Source: a phage | Direction: 5' to 3' (one strand) | DNA length: 64,000 nt | Sequence record: NC_135731.1 | Shown here: positions 18,244 to 27,856 of the stretch, piece after piece | How the letters are laid out: each line of letters opens with the position of its first letter | Position numbering within the stretch: the first letter of the stretch is position 1 | Program-made: the position numbers and the translations under genes | Notes under the pieces: generated by a model | Told to the model about the DNA's origin: nothing | Seen by the model: the letters and a program-made list of their open reading frames with translations, nothing else | Database searches by the model: none

Positions 18244-18708
18244 GTGGAAGACGGACGTTTAATGAAGTCTGAACGCAGGCTTATTGTGCAACTGATCCCA
18301 GAAACAGCTTGGTATAATAACCTCCGAAACGCTGTGAAGAAGAGTGAGTGGGATAAGATCCGTAAGAAGTGCTACAGAGAAGCCAACTACACTTGTGAGG
18401 TGTGCGGAGGTAAAGGCAGCAAACATCCAGTGGAGTGTCATGAACTTTACACTTTCGAAGAGGGAGTGATCCGGCTTGTCGGACTGATAGCGTTGTGCCC
18501 AGATTGTCACACATCTGTGCATCCTGGGTTAGCAAATATCCGTGGAAAGTATGCTCAGGCAGTTAATCAGTTGGCTAAGGTGAATAAGATCACCAAGGGT
18601 ATGGCAGAGGCCTATTACCGAGACTGCTTTGCAGAGTGGCGTGAGCTTAGTAAAGTTCCAGAATGGAAGACTGACTTTTCGTGGATAGAGGGTTACCTTG
18701 ATGGCTAA
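18244..18708 (+). CDS. HNH-like zinc-binding nuclease (putative)
   Basis: CEVCGG...HPVECHE...CPDCHTSVH arrangement of Cys/His pairs typical of HNH fold. Confidence 0.4.
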   Translation: MEDGRLMKSERRLIVQLIPETAWYNNLRNAVKKSEWDKIRKKCYREANYTCEVCGGKGSKHPVECHELYTFEEGVIRLVGLIALCPDCHTSVHPGLANIRGKYAQAVNQLAKVNKITKGMAEAYYRDCFAEWRELSKVPEWKTDFSWIEGYLDG

Positions 18709-18997
18709 GAAACCTGCAAAAGAGAAATTTGATAAGACAGCTTTTGTATTCGATACACCTCTGGACGATATCATCAGAGGTATGCAAGCCTTGTATAGGA
18801 AGTCTGAATCTGAGCAGTTGTCGGAATCAGAGCTTTACTGGTTGGGTTGGTGGGAGCTTAATCTACCTAAAGCTGAAAGCTCTAATCTAAAAACCGTTAA
18901 AACTTGTGCCCAAGAAAATGCTGCACTTGGAATTTACCACAAAAGAAAAAGATCAACAAAAAGCTCTCCAAGAAAGACTAAAAGTCTTGACAAATGA
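18698..18997 (+). CDS. hypothetical protein
   Basis: 99 aa ORF with basic C-terminus. Confidence 0.35.
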   Translation: MMAKKPAKEKFDKTAFVFDTPLDDIIRGMQALYRKSESEQLSESELYWLGWWELNLPKAESSNLKTVKTCAQENAALGIYHKRKRSTKSSPRKTKSLDK

Positions 18998-19049
18998 GTC
19001 TATGATCTGATATTATCAGTTAACTATTTATTAACTAGGAGAACTAGGT

Positions 19050-19358
19050 ATGCTTAAAATTTTTATTGTTGAAGATAAAGATATCGTCCAGTTGTATGCA
19101 AATGAGAATCACAAAGGTATGATTCTGAAGAAGGCAAGCAACCTTCATGAAAACACAATTCAACCTGGCGATGTAATTAAGATCTGTGGCTATCTGATAC
19201 CAGACTCCTTGATGAAAATAACCCACCACTGGGGGTCTAATCTGTTCCTTTTTGAAAAGTATTGGGATGTTGAGTCACTTATTGCAGAAAGTGATGATGC
19301 ATTTCATTACAGCATCCAACCATCTTGCAGAATAACTAACAGGAGGGGCTTTGAGTAA
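19050..19358 (+). CDS. hypothetical protein
   Basis: 102 aa ORF preceded by GGAG RBS. Confidence 0.4.
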   Translation: MLKIFIVEDKDIVQLYANENHKGMILKKASNLHENTIQPGDVIKICGYLIPDSLMKITHHWGSNLFLFEKYWDVESLIAESDDAFHYSIQPSCRITNRRGFE

Positions 19359-20490
19359 AGAATATCCACTTATTGAATCTGTAGATTGTCTTGCTGATCT
19401 TCTCGAACCTGACGCTATAGTTTATTATGACTTCGACCAGGTTGCATATCAAGCTGCGGCAAGTTGTGAAAAAAGGACAATTGAGGTAACACACAAAGCC
19501 TCCGGACGCAAGAAGATGTTTAAAACACGAACAGAGTTCTGGGGGCGGCAGAAAAACACCGTTGGTGGTTGGTTAAAAGCTGAGAATACCAACCGTGAAG
19601 CCGCATGTAAAAAGGCTGGAAAGGAGTTTATTCCGTGGACACGCGAAGATTTCGATGTCTTGGATATCCAAACCCCTGATCCTGTAGAGAACTGCTTACA
19701 CACAATTAAGTGTAAAGCTAATGCAGTTCTTAACTATCTTGGTATTCCGGAAGAGCGATGTGTCGGGGTGTTGGGAGGCACAGGTAACTTCAGACTAGAT
19801 CTTCCAATGCCGGAAAGATACAAAGCCAACCGTAACAATACTCTTCGACCACTGCTGCTTGGAGATGCAAGACAGTATCTCCAAAAGCAGTATAATGCTC
19901 AAGTGATCAACGGTATCGAGGCTGACGACTGGTTAGCTATCCAGCAATTTGAAGGTTGGAACCACTACCAAAAAACAGGTAAGTTCAACAAGTTTATTAT
20001 CTCTATTGATAAGGACCAAAGAACACTACCTGGACTTGTGTTCGATCCCATGCGAAACGATAAGGGAGATTTTGTAAGGGAAACCCCTATGCTGATCGAT
20101 AACGGCATGGGAAACATCTTCATGAAGCCTAATGGAGAGGTTGGTGGTTACGGAATGCTGTTCTTCGGATACCAAATGCTGTGTGGTGACTCTGCTGACA
20201 ACATCAAGCCGTATCAAGGACTTATCGGTAAGGGTAAGTTCGGGGATGCCTCAGCATTCTACCTGCTGTCTCAGTGCAGCACTCCAAAGGAGATGTGGGT
20301 GGCTATTATTGATCAGTACAAGAAGTGGTTCCCGAAAGGTGTTGTTAAGTATACTGACTTCAATGGCATTGATCGTAGAATTTCCGTAGGTCAATGGATG
20401 AGTATAATTTTTGACTGTTTGTATATGAAGCGAACATTCAATGATCAAACAAAACTTGTTAACGTTCTTAGAAATGTTGGAGCAATTTGA
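19351..20490 (+). CDS. 5'-3' exonuclease / flap endonuclease (FEN-type)
   Basis: GIEADDWLA acidic motif and helix-hairpin-helix-like CGDSADNIKPYQGLIGKG. Confidence 0.6.
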   Translation: MSKEYPLIESVDCLADLLEPDAIVYYDFDQVAYQAAASCEKRTIEVTHKASGRKKMFKTRTEFWGRQKNTVGGWLKAENTNREAACKKAGKEFIPWTREDFDVLDIQTPDPVENCLHTIKCKANAVLNYLGIPEERCVGVLGGTGNFRLDLPMPERYKANRNNTLRPLLLGDARQYLQKQYNAQVINGIEADDWLAIQQFEGWNHYQKTGKFNKFIISIDKDQRTLPGLVFDPMRNDKGDFVRETPMLIDNGMGNIFMKPNGEVGGYGMLFFGYQMLCGDSADNIKPYQGLIGKGKFGDASAFYLLSQCSTPKEMWVAIIDQYKKWFPKGVVKYTDFNGIDRRISVGQWMSIIFDCLYMKRTFNDQTKLVNVLRNVGAI

Positions 20491-20822
20491 TGACTAAAAA
20501 TGCTGTAGATAATGCAATTATGGAAGCTGTTTTTGAGGATGATCATACAACAGGGACACTTAAAACAAAAAACACATTTATTGTTGCCACAGGTATGTGG
20601 CGGTTGTACGAAGATGACACTATTGCATACATCTTGTATACTGATGATTACGCAGATGACCGTGTATGGTCTGCTGTTTTAAAAGAGGATTGTGAGCTGA
20701 TTGAGGGCGAGCGGTTATGCATGTTCACCAGTGTGGAAACAGATGTTAAGCTTTGCTCTCTCGTCTTGTTCAAAGATAAGGCTTATGCTCCTGATGAAGG
20801 AGAGGAGGATGAGAGAGCATGA
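20487..20822 (+). CDS. hypothetical acidic protein
   Basis: 111 aa ORF, ATGA overlap with upstream gene. Confidence 0.35.
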   Translation: MMTKNAVDNAIMEAVFEDDHTTGTLKTKNTFIVATGMWRLYEDDTIAYILYTDDYADDRVWSAVLKEDCELIEGERLCMFTSVETDVKLCSLVLFKDKAYAPDEGEEDERA

Positions 20823-21448
20823 GAGAGCGTCTATTATCCATAGACCAGTCGTTGACACACACAGCTTGCGTTGTATGGGACGATGGAAAGCCTGTTCATA
20901 AGGTTGTGTTACGAACTCAAAGCTCATCTGCAAAAGAGAAGAAACCAGGGACGGTTTCTTTTGCAACAGCTGCTGAGCGCATTGACTGGATCTGCAAACA
21001 GGTCAGATATTATATCCACACGCACGGAGTTGACACCGTGGTTATGGAAGGGCTTTCCTTTGGATCACGCGGTGATGCCACACGTGAGCTGGCTGGGCTG
21101 TTTTACGGTCTTGAAATTATGCTTTGGGATGCCTTAGCTGATTGTGAAAATGACGGCCTGTTTAAGGTCCACACAGTGACACCAACAACTGCCAAAAAGT
21201 TTGCTCGTAGTCATCTTCCTGAAGAACTTGCTTTTGAGGAGAAGAAAAAGCTTGACAAAAAGACAGGTAAAGAGCATACTGTGAAGAAACCTGTTACAAT
21301 GGATAAAAAGTTGATGGTTAAGGCCTGCGAAGTATCTGAACCTGGGTTCCTAGATGGGATCAATTTGGTACAAGGTAAGGCCGATCTCGCAGATGCTTAT
21401 TGGATAGGCAGGGCTCATCTGGAGGGATTATCGCAAAGCGTAAAATAA
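20819..21448 (+). CDS. RuvC-like Holliday junction resolvase (putative)
   Basis: N-terminal LLSIDQSL..TACVV (RuvC-like first acidic residue), VVMEGLSF, C-terminal DLADAYWIGRAHL resembling RuvC DAADALAIA..H. Confidence 0.5.
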   Translation: MRERLLSIDQSLTHTACVVWDDGKPVHKVVLRTQSSSAKEKKPGTVSFATAAERIDWICKQVRYYIHTHGVDTVVMEGLSFGSRGDATRELAGLFYGLEIMLWDALADCENDGLFKVHTVTPTTAKKFARSHLPEELAFEEKKKLDKKTGKEHTVKKPVTMDKKLMVKACEVSEPGFLDGINLVQGKADLADAYWIGRAHLEGLSQSVK

Positions 21449-22005
21449 GAAAGAAAGCTGTCAAAGCCCCAGTTCATAACGGGTGGTTAAAAGATTCTAA
21501 GGACATAGCCAACTTTCGAAAAGAATTGTCAGAGGAGCAGGATGGTCTTGATCCGATCTTGTGCGAGCCACTTCGTAAGCCTTGTTTAGATCATGATCAT
21601 CTGACTGGTCGTTGCAGGGGTGTTTTGTCTCAATGCACTAATACCTTTGAGGGATATGTGCTTAAATACTGGATGAAATACTGTAACGAGTATACAGATT
21701 GCAGTTTATCAGAGGCGTTGCGCCGGATGGCTGACTATTTGGAGAAAGATTACAGCGACTTCCCGCTCCACAAAAACTACAGAGATGATATGACAAAGTT
21801 CTTGAGGAGATGCTCTAAAGCTACGATTATTGCACGAGCAGAATCAGATCTAAATCTTGTCATTAATCCGGAGTGCACCAAGCATGAGGCTATTGAGTTC
21901 TACATGCAGGAGTTTATAAAGAAAACTGAGGAGAGAGATTTCTATGGGGATGAAAAAGGTATTCAATCCTTGCGACTCAGTCCTGATCAGGATGAAATAC
22001 CGTAA
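21400..22005 (+). CDS. endonuclease VII-like nuclease
   Basis: Motif CLDHDHLTGRCRGVLSQCTN; track start overlaps upstream gene by 49 nt, true start uncertain. Confidence 0.55.
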   Translation: MDRQGSSGGIIAKRKIRKKAVKAPVHNGWLKDSKDIANFRKELSEEQDGLDPILCEPLRKPCLDHDHLTGRCRGVLSQCTNTFEGYVLKYWMKYCNEYTDCSLSEALRRMADYLEKDYSDFPLHKNYRDDMTKFLRRCSKATIIARAESDLNLVINPECTKHEAIEFYMQEFIKKTEERDFYGDEKGIQSLRLSPDQDEIP

Positions 22006-22177
22006 CTGGAAAGGTGTTGTTGCAGATCGCTGCGTTACTGAGCCTAATTTATGGTTTGGCTCTACAGAGTATCATAAAGAAGAGCAGTGGTTGATGCGTG
22101 CCTTCGATGTAGACAAGGGCGAATATCGTGACTTCGCTTTAAAAGACATTCTTCAGTTTTACTAAGGAATCTTAACG

Positions 22178-23161
22178 ATGATGACAAAGTTAACTCTTGA
22201 GCAAATTTTAACACTAAAGCAACAGGGATACACTAATAGACAAATTGCTCGTGAATTTTTAGGCCGTGAGTCACGTGAGAGCTGGATCCGACTACAGCTT
22301 AAACGTGCACAAGAGAATATGTCAGAGATTGTAGGAGAAGCAACGGAGCGCTTCCTTGAAGAACACAAAGGTGCTAAAGTTTGGGTGTATGATACAGAGA
22401 CATCCCCAACAAACGGCTGGTTCTTTGGGCACTATAAGACCAACATTCAAACCTGTGGTATTGAAGTTATGCCCTATATGCTAACTTTCGCAGGTAAGTG
22501 GTTAGACAGCCCTAGTGTAGTTGACTGCGCTCTTCCCGATTACAAAATGTGGGATGAGGATATTCACAATGATCTCGAATTGATTCAGGATTTGTGGTAT
22601 TATCTGGATAAATGCGATGTCGCAGTAGCCCACAATTCAGGTTTTGACTGCGGGTGGGCCAACCAACGATTTGCATTTCACGGGTTGCCTCCAACAAGCC
22701 CCTACAAAGAGGTTGATACCCTTAAAATGATCAAGAAGGCATTCCGTTTGAATGCAAACACTTTGGAGTATGCATGCAAATACTTCCAACTGGCCCGACA
22801 GAAACTGATTGATCACACATTTGAAATGTGGATCAAGTGTGTCCATGGCGATCTTGAGGCATTTAAACAGATGCGGGAGTATAATGTTGGTGATATCCTG
22901 TCTCTGGAAGGACTGTATTTGCTGGCTCGCCCGTTTGCTAAGCAGCACCCAAACATGTCATTGTACTACCAGGACGAGGAGCCAAAGGTTCGTTGCCCAC
23001 GCTGTGGTGGAGAACACTTTCACGAGGAAGAAGCTTTGGCATATACTCAGCTGAGTGCATTTAAAACATACCGCTGCGAAGGTTGTGGATCTGTTGTTCG
23101 TGACCGTAACAACATCCGTACCAGAGAAGAAATGAAAAACACCCTGATTCAGATAATCTAA
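22178..23161 (+). CDS. DnaQ-like (DEDD) 3'-5' exonuclease with C-terminal zinc ribbon
   Basis: Exo I VWVYDTETS, Exo II AHNSGFDCGW, Exo III YNVGD; C-terminal CPRCGG...CEGCG. Confidence 0.6.
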   Translation: MMTKLTLEQILTLKQQGYTNRQIAREFLGRESRESWIRLQLKRAQENMSEIVGEATERFLEEHKGAKVWVYDTETSPTNGWFFGHYKTNIQTCGIEVMPYMLTFAGKWLDSPSVVDCALPDYKMWDEDIHNDLELIQDLWYYLDKCDVAVAHNSGFDCGWANQRFAFHGLPPTSPYKEVDTLKMIKKAFRLNANTLEYACKYFQLARQKLIDHTFEMWIKCVHGDLEAFKQMREYNVGDILSLEGLYLLARPFAKQHPNMSLYYQDEEPKVRCPRCGGEHFHEEEALAYTQLSAFKTYRCEGCGSVVRDRNNIRTREEMKNTLIQII

Positions 23162-23167
23162 CAATTA

Positions 23168-23195
23168 TAGGGAGGCTTGCGCCTCCCTTTTCCTT
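23168..23195 (+). terminator. rho-independent terminator
   Basis: Hairpin GGGAGGCTTGCGCCTCCC followed by TTTTCCTTTT after exonuclease stop. Confidence 0.55.
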
Positions 23196-23206
23196 TTGGA
23201 GGCACT

Positions 23207-24025
23207 TTGAGCAAGAAAGAGTCCAACGACAAATATTACACAAACCCTGAGTATGCAGAATATCTTGTTGGTAAAGTAAAAGACAAGTATGGGAATTGTG
23301 CATACGTTGAGCCTTCTGCTGGAAGGGGTTCTTTTTCAAAACTATTTTCAGAAATACTGTCGTACGATTTAGTACCAGATCCTGAATTTGAAGGGCCAAC
23401 ACCGTGCATTCAGGCAAACTTCTTGGAGGTGCACCCCAAGGCAGATGTCTTCATAGGTAACCCACCATTTGGAAAGAATTCATCTTTGGCTTGCAAATTC
23501 TTCAACCATTGTGCATCATTGCTAGAGCTTGGAGGGGCCATAGCCTTCATCTTGCCACGGACATTTGAAAAAATATTTTTTGCAAACAAATTGGACATGT
23601 CGATGCACCTTGTCTACAGCGAAAGGTGCCCTAAGAATTCGTTTTTACTTAATGGCAAACCTTATGACGTGCCGTGTGTTTTCCAAATTTGGGAGAAAAA
23701 GGCGTGTAATAGGGATCCTGTAGAGATTGGAGAGAATAAGTTATTTTCTTTTAGCACTCCAGATGACTACGACTTCTGTGTAAGACGTGTTGGGTATAAT
23801 GCTGGAAAAGTATTGGTGGATGATGACCCAAAATCTGAAGAATCTACATATTTCATAAAATCTTTAGTTGACGGTGTTGACAGAGTGTTTGCTGAATGCT
23901 ATTCTTCTTTTCAAGAAGAAGCAGGTAAGACTGCTGGAATGAAGAGTATAGGCAAGAAAGAACTACAATACATTTTGGAGACCCGGTATGATCAAAAGCA
24001 TAGACTTGACCAAAGAACTTACTGA
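23207..24025 (+). CDS. N6-adenine DNA methyltransferase
   Basis: Motif I-like EPSAGRGSF and motif IV NPPF; track start 23177 lies inside the terminator hairpin, so start re-set to TTG at about 23207 with GGAGG RBS (uncertain). Confidence 0.6.
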   Translation: MSKKESNDKYYTNPEYAEYLVGKVKDKYGNCAYVEPSAGRGSFSKLFSEILSYDLVPDPEFEGPTPCIQANFLEVHPKADVFIGNPPFGKNSSLACKFFNHCASLLELGGAIAFILPRTFEKIFFANKLDMSMHLVYSERCPKNSFLLNGKPYDVPCVFQIWEKKACNRDPVEIGENKLFSFSTPDDYDFCVRRVGYNAGKVLVDDDPKSEESTYFIKSLVDGVDRVFAECYSSFQEEAGKTAGMKSIGKKELQYILETRYDQKHRLDQRTY

Positions 24026-24446
24026 TGCAAAAGCTTTTGGTGAGACAGCGGTACAAAGAGGCCAGGCGATGGGACTGGCACTACCTTTCGTCTTAAAAGA
24101 GCACTTTACAGATTTTCAACTTATCAAAGGTGATAAGGGAATGCTTATCCTGGAGCATAGGTTGAGTAAGAAACGCTACAAAGTTGTTTTTAATTCTAAA
24201 GCCCCAACAAAACTTGGATTCAGAACTTACAATCTCAACCCATCCTATACTAAGGGTGTTGGAAGGGTAGAACAACAGCATTTCAGTGCTAGAGCTTCTT
24301 TAGCCCCTTTGATGCTAAATTTCTCAGGTGTGGCTTTAGGATACCTTGATAAGAAAAGAGTTCTTCATGTCCGTTTCACAGACTTTGTAACGCTTTTAGC
24401 TAACAACGAAGTTGATGAAAAGGGACGTGTAAAAACAAACTTCTAA
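23988..24446 (+). CDS. hypothetical protein
   Basis: 152 aa ORF overlapping methyltransferase 3' end. Confidence 0.35.
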   Translation: MIKSIDLTKELTDAKAFGETAVQRGQAMGLALPFVLKEHFTDFQLIKGDKGMLILEHRLSKKRYKVVFNSKAPTKLGFRTYNLNPSYTKGVGRVEQQHFSARASLAPLMLNFSGVALGYLDKKRVLHVRFTDFVTLLANNEVDEKGRVKTNF

Positions 24447-24461
24447 TAACGCATAGTATGA

Positions 24462-24665
24462 TTGGAGACCGCAATGGCACTAAAGTTAACAATTCCAGAC
24501 AGCTTTTCAGAAAACTTTATCCCAGAAATGATGGGTAAGATGCGATCATTGCTTGATCAGATTGAGGAAGCTGTTTGGGAAGACGATGCTGTAGTGGCTA
24601 ACGAACTGGTAGATAAGTGTAAAAGTATTATTGATGCAGTTGAAGAATACCACGGAGGTTTTTGA
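24462..24665 (+). CDS. hypothetical protein
   Basis: 67 aa acidic ORF, ATGA overlap with downstream gene. Confidence 0.35.
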   Translation: METAMALKLTIPDSFSENFIPEMMGKMRSLLDQIEEAVWEDDAVVANELVDKCKSIIDAVEEYHGGF

Positions 24666-25279
24666 TGGATATTATTGTTCTTAACGCCCCACCCAGCAGT
24701 GGTAAGGATCACATTGCAGATCTCTTGTTGGAAGCTATTCCTAACTCACACCACCGTGAGGTTAAGGAGATGCTCTTCAGCGTGGCAATTAAGGCAGCTG
24801 GTGTAACTCCTCAACTCTGGAATGCACTTTATGACCGCCACTACAAAGAAGAGCCTTGCCCTTTCTTAATGATAGACGGCAAGCATGTTTCTCCGCGAGA
24901 ATGGATGATCCATTGTAGTGAAAATCTGATTAAACCTATCTTTGGTGAAGATGCTTTCGGTAAAGCCGCAGTCGCATCTTTGAAGAAAGATTTCCCTAAA
25001 GGTAAAGGGGTTGTTGTTTACTCTGATGGTGGATTCAAAGAGGAGCTGGCATGCCTTAGCGAGTACGCATACAGCACAGGTGGAGATCTGTTGTTGTTCC
25101 GTATTCACCGTGTCGGATATGACTGGGGAAATGATTCCAGAACCTATCTAAGTCTGGAAAAGAACGGAATAAAAGGGATTGAGTTCGATGTTGTAAATCC
25201 TGAAGGTGCACCTTGGGAATGTGCATCGGAGATTGTGTGCAAGTATATTGATGCTAAAGAGGCCCAAGAAGAATGTTAA
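24662..25279 (+). CDS. P-loop NTPase, possible deoxynucleoside monophosphate kinase
   Basis: N-terminal VLNAPPSSGKD resembles GxxxxGKD/T P-loop of phage dNMP kinases; nucleotide-metabolism neighbourhood. Confidence 0.4.
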   Translation: MMDIIVLNAPPSSGKDHIADLLLEAIPNSHHREVKEMLFSVAIKAAGVTPQLWNALYDRHYKEEPCPFLMIDGKHVSPREWMIHCSENLIKPIFGEDAFGKAAVASLKKDFPKGKGVVVYSDGGFKEELACLSEYAYSTGGDLLLFRIHRVGYDWGNDSRTYLSLEKNGIKGIEFDVVNPEGAPWECASEIVCKYIDAKEAQEEC

Positions 25280-25866
25280 TTGGAATTGATGTAGATTTGA
25301 CACTGGTAGATTCAGGAACAGCATGGTGGGAGTGGCTGGAGCGTTTGTATGGTCCAGCCAGTAAGACAGTCGTTAAACCTTCTAATGGGCTGATGTATTA
25401 CGATCTGTCAAAGTATTGGCCTGATCGCCCCAAAGAAAACATCATAGGACCTTTTGATTTCTGGAGTGATCCGTTCCTCTACGACTTTCTTAAGCCTGAA
25501 GAGGGGGCTATTGAGGTTATGAAAGATTTGGTGGCTCGCGGTCACAAGCTCGCATTTATCTCGGTATGCAAGAAAGGTCACCTTGCATCTAAATCAAGGT
25601 TCTTAAAGCGTTGGACCAGTGATTTTATGGATCTGGATGATCACACCCAGGGCCACGGCTTCTACGCCACACATTTCAAAGGAAATGTGGCTGTAGATGT
25701 TATAATTGACGACAGGCATGAATACCTAAACCAATTCGCTTCACGACCTGAAGTTATTAAAATCCTAAAAGATACGCCTTATGAGCAATTCGAGGAGTTA
25801 AAGGTCAGTGTTGACTATACCGCTAATAGCTGGTATAAAATAGGAAAGTTTTTAGAAGGTATTTGA
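25273..25866 (+). CDS. HAD-family hydrolase, putative 5'-deoxynucleotidase
   Basis: HAD motif I IGIDVDLTLVD at N-terminus; downstream DD motif (VIIDDRHE). Confidence 0.5.
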   Translation: MLIGIDVDLTLVDSGTAWWEWLERLYGPASKTVVKPSNGLMYYDLSKYWPDRPKENIIGPFDFWSDPFLYDFLKPEEGAIEVMKDLVARGHKLAFISVCKKGHLASKSRFLKRWTSDFMDLDDHTQGHGFYATHFKGNVAVDVIIDDRHEYLNQFASRPEVIKILKDTPYEQFEELKVSVDYTANSWYKIGKFLEGI

Positions 25867-25867
25867 A

Positions 25868-26068
25868 ATGGGTAGATGTTCTAAAGGTGGCGATCCTGTA
25901 GTCAGATACGGTGACTGGCTAGAGGTATATGATCTGGGAGGTAAGCTAGTGTATGCCTCCAGGATCACCCAAGACATGTGCTCTGATATGCTTAACAGAT
26001 ACCTTGCATTTAAGGCTAACATAAACCCAGACGAAATTTCCAAAATTAAAACAAGGAGAGCTAAATAA
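25868..26068 (+). CDS. hypothetical protein
   Basis: 66 aa ORF between nucleotidase and thyX. Confidence 0.35.
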   Translation: MGRCSKGGDPVVRYGDWLEVYDLGGKLVYASRITQDMCSDMLNRYLAFKANINPDEISKIKTRRAK

Positions 26069-27051
26069 TGCTAAAACTGTGCACTGCAAAGATCATTGCT
26101 GACAGTATTTCCGAGAAAGGTAAGCGTATCACCACTTTTGAGCTAGAGTATCCTCGAATTATTCACTCAGAGCTTATGACACATCGAGTGTTCAGCCGAA
26201 ACGCCATGTCTTCCCGTGCAGTGCCTGTCGGCAAGATGCTACAACAGATTGTGGAGAATCCGGCAATGCCAGTTCGCTTCGGTGTAAATAAGCGTGGGAT
26301 GGAAGATGGTGGGGAACACGATCAAAAGATCCGTGTAGAGTACACTGACATGGAGTTAACTCCTGAAGAGTTTTGGAAAGAAGCTGCAAAAAACGCCGCT
26401 TGGCATGCAGAGAAGTTCGCCCTTGCTGGTTACCATAAGCAAGTATGTAACCGCTTGGTGGAGCCGTTTCAGCGCATGAAAACAGTTGTAACAAGCACAG
26501 AGTGGAATAATTTCTTCCATCTCCGTTGCTGGCACGATGCTGACCCTACTATTCAGATGTTGGCTAATTGCATGTGGGAGGCTCTTATGAATAGCACTCC
26601 TGAAATCCTTAAACCTGGTCAATGGCACACACCATATGTAGAGCACGTTTATTTGGACGGCGAGTTTAACTATGCTGTACGTGACACAGAAGGAAAGCTT
26701 TGCATTCTCGATACTGGAGAAGCTCTGTCTATTAGTGCTAGTTGCTGTGCACAAGTATCTTATCGAAATATTGACAGCACGTTTGAAAAGGCAGACAGTG
26801 TGGCTAAAAAATTGATTGGTGGGGATCGTATTCATGCAAGCCCTTACGAGCACCAGGCAACACCTATGGATCACGATAACGCAATGGAACGTTTAAACTA
26901 CTATCTATCTTCATGTGAAATCACACAAGACAGCTGTGTTTGGCAGGAAGGTGTAACCCATCAAGACCGTGATGGTAAATTCTGGTCTGCCAACTTTTGT
27001 GGGTGGGTTCAGCACAGACAACTGCTTAATAACCACTTCGTGAAAGGTTAA
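26068..27051 (+). CDS. thyX: flavin-dependent thymidylate synthase
   Basis: ThyX signature RHRxxSxxxxSxR in HSELMTHRVFSRNAMSSRAVP; 327 aa. Confidence 0.8.
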   Translation: MLKLCTAKIIADSISEKGKRITTFELEYPRIIHSELMTHRVFSRNAMSSRAVPVGKMLQQIVENPAMPVRFGVNKRGMEDGGEHDQKIRVEYTDMELTPEEFWKEAAKNAAWHAEKFALAGYHKQVCNRLVEPFQRMKTVVTSTEWNNFFHLRCWHDADPTIQMLANCMWEALMNSTPEILKPGQWHTPYVEHVYLDGEFNYAVRDTEGKLCILDTGEALSISASCCAQVSYRNIDSTFEKADSVAKKLIGGDRIHASPYEHQATPMDHDNAMERLNYYLSSCEITQDSCVWQEGVTHQDRDGKFWSANFCGWVQHRQLLNNHFVKG

Positions 27052-27080
27052 TCCTATCACAGCGATAGGTAACTTCTGTG

Positions 27081-27109
27081 TTGACTAATAGTATTAGATA
27101 GTCTATAAT
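27081..27109 (+). promoter_or_regulatory. sigma70-like promoter
   Basis: TTGACT - 17 nt - TATAAT upstream of 27142 gene. Confidence 0.55.
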
Positions 27110-27141
27110 AATGGCTCACTTTCTTTGTTGGTGAGCCAGAA

Positions 27142-27615
27142 ATGGAGACAGATATGAGTAATGTTATGATTCCTAAAAAGACATTTATTTCAGTTACTTT
27201 AGATTTCCTAGCTACCGTCCCTGGGTTTAACGTTCGCACACGAAACGGTCTCCGAGCTGCACTTTTCGCCGTAGGGTTTGATTTAAAAAATATTGACGTT
27301 CTTCGTGGAAAAAACGTTAGATGCAAAAATAAGCCAACCCATTATCGAAAGGCAGATGTATTTGCTGGTGTCATGCGTGCAGACTTTAGATACCCACAAA
27401 TGTATAACGGTGTGGATATTTTAGATGTAGATAAAGCACCCGGTGAGGCAATGCTTGTTCAAGATCTTCCGTATGATATCCCTGTAGAGGATCGTGTTAA
27501 TGTAAGAAAGTATACAAAACAATCTGAAAAGGCTGAAGATATTCATATTGTTGATGAACCTTTCAATTTTGAAGATCTGCATCGCCTGGAAAAATTATTC
27601 GGTATTGAAAGCTAA
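27142..27615 (+). CDS. hypothetical protein
   Basis: 157 aa ORF downstream of consensus promoter. Confidence 0.45.
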   Translation: METDMSNVMIPKKTFISVTLDFLATVPGFNVRTRNGLRAALFAVGFDLKNIDVLRGKNVRCKNKPTHYRKADVFAGVMRADFRYPQMYNGVDILDVDKAPGEAMLVQDLPYDIPVEDRVNVRKYTKQSEKAEDIHIVDEPFNFEDLHRLEKLFGIES

Positions 27616-27625
27616 GGTGGTGAAG

Positions 27626-27856
27626 ATGAGTCATAACTCCAAGTGGAAGGATCTTGGTTTTGCAAGTCGGGCAGAGTATGTTGGTTGGCTTTGGTTCAAC
27701 GGCCTGACAAACGATATTAAAATGTATGATGATGTTTATTATGACGAGTATACAGGTAAAATTATAAATATCTCTGTAGAAGAGGATACCTTTATCCAGC
27801 AAGATACTGATACCTGCCTTGATAAATACGTTAATGAAGTGGAGGAAGCAAATTGA
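27626..27856 (+). CDS. hypothetical protein
   Basis: Track ORF 27548..27856; start re-set to ATG with AAGGTGG RBS (MSHNSKWKD...). Confidence 0.4.
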   Translation: MSHNSKWKDLGFASRAEYVGWLWFNGLTNDIKMYDDVYYDEYTGKIINISVEEDTFIQQDTDTCLDKYVNEVEEAN

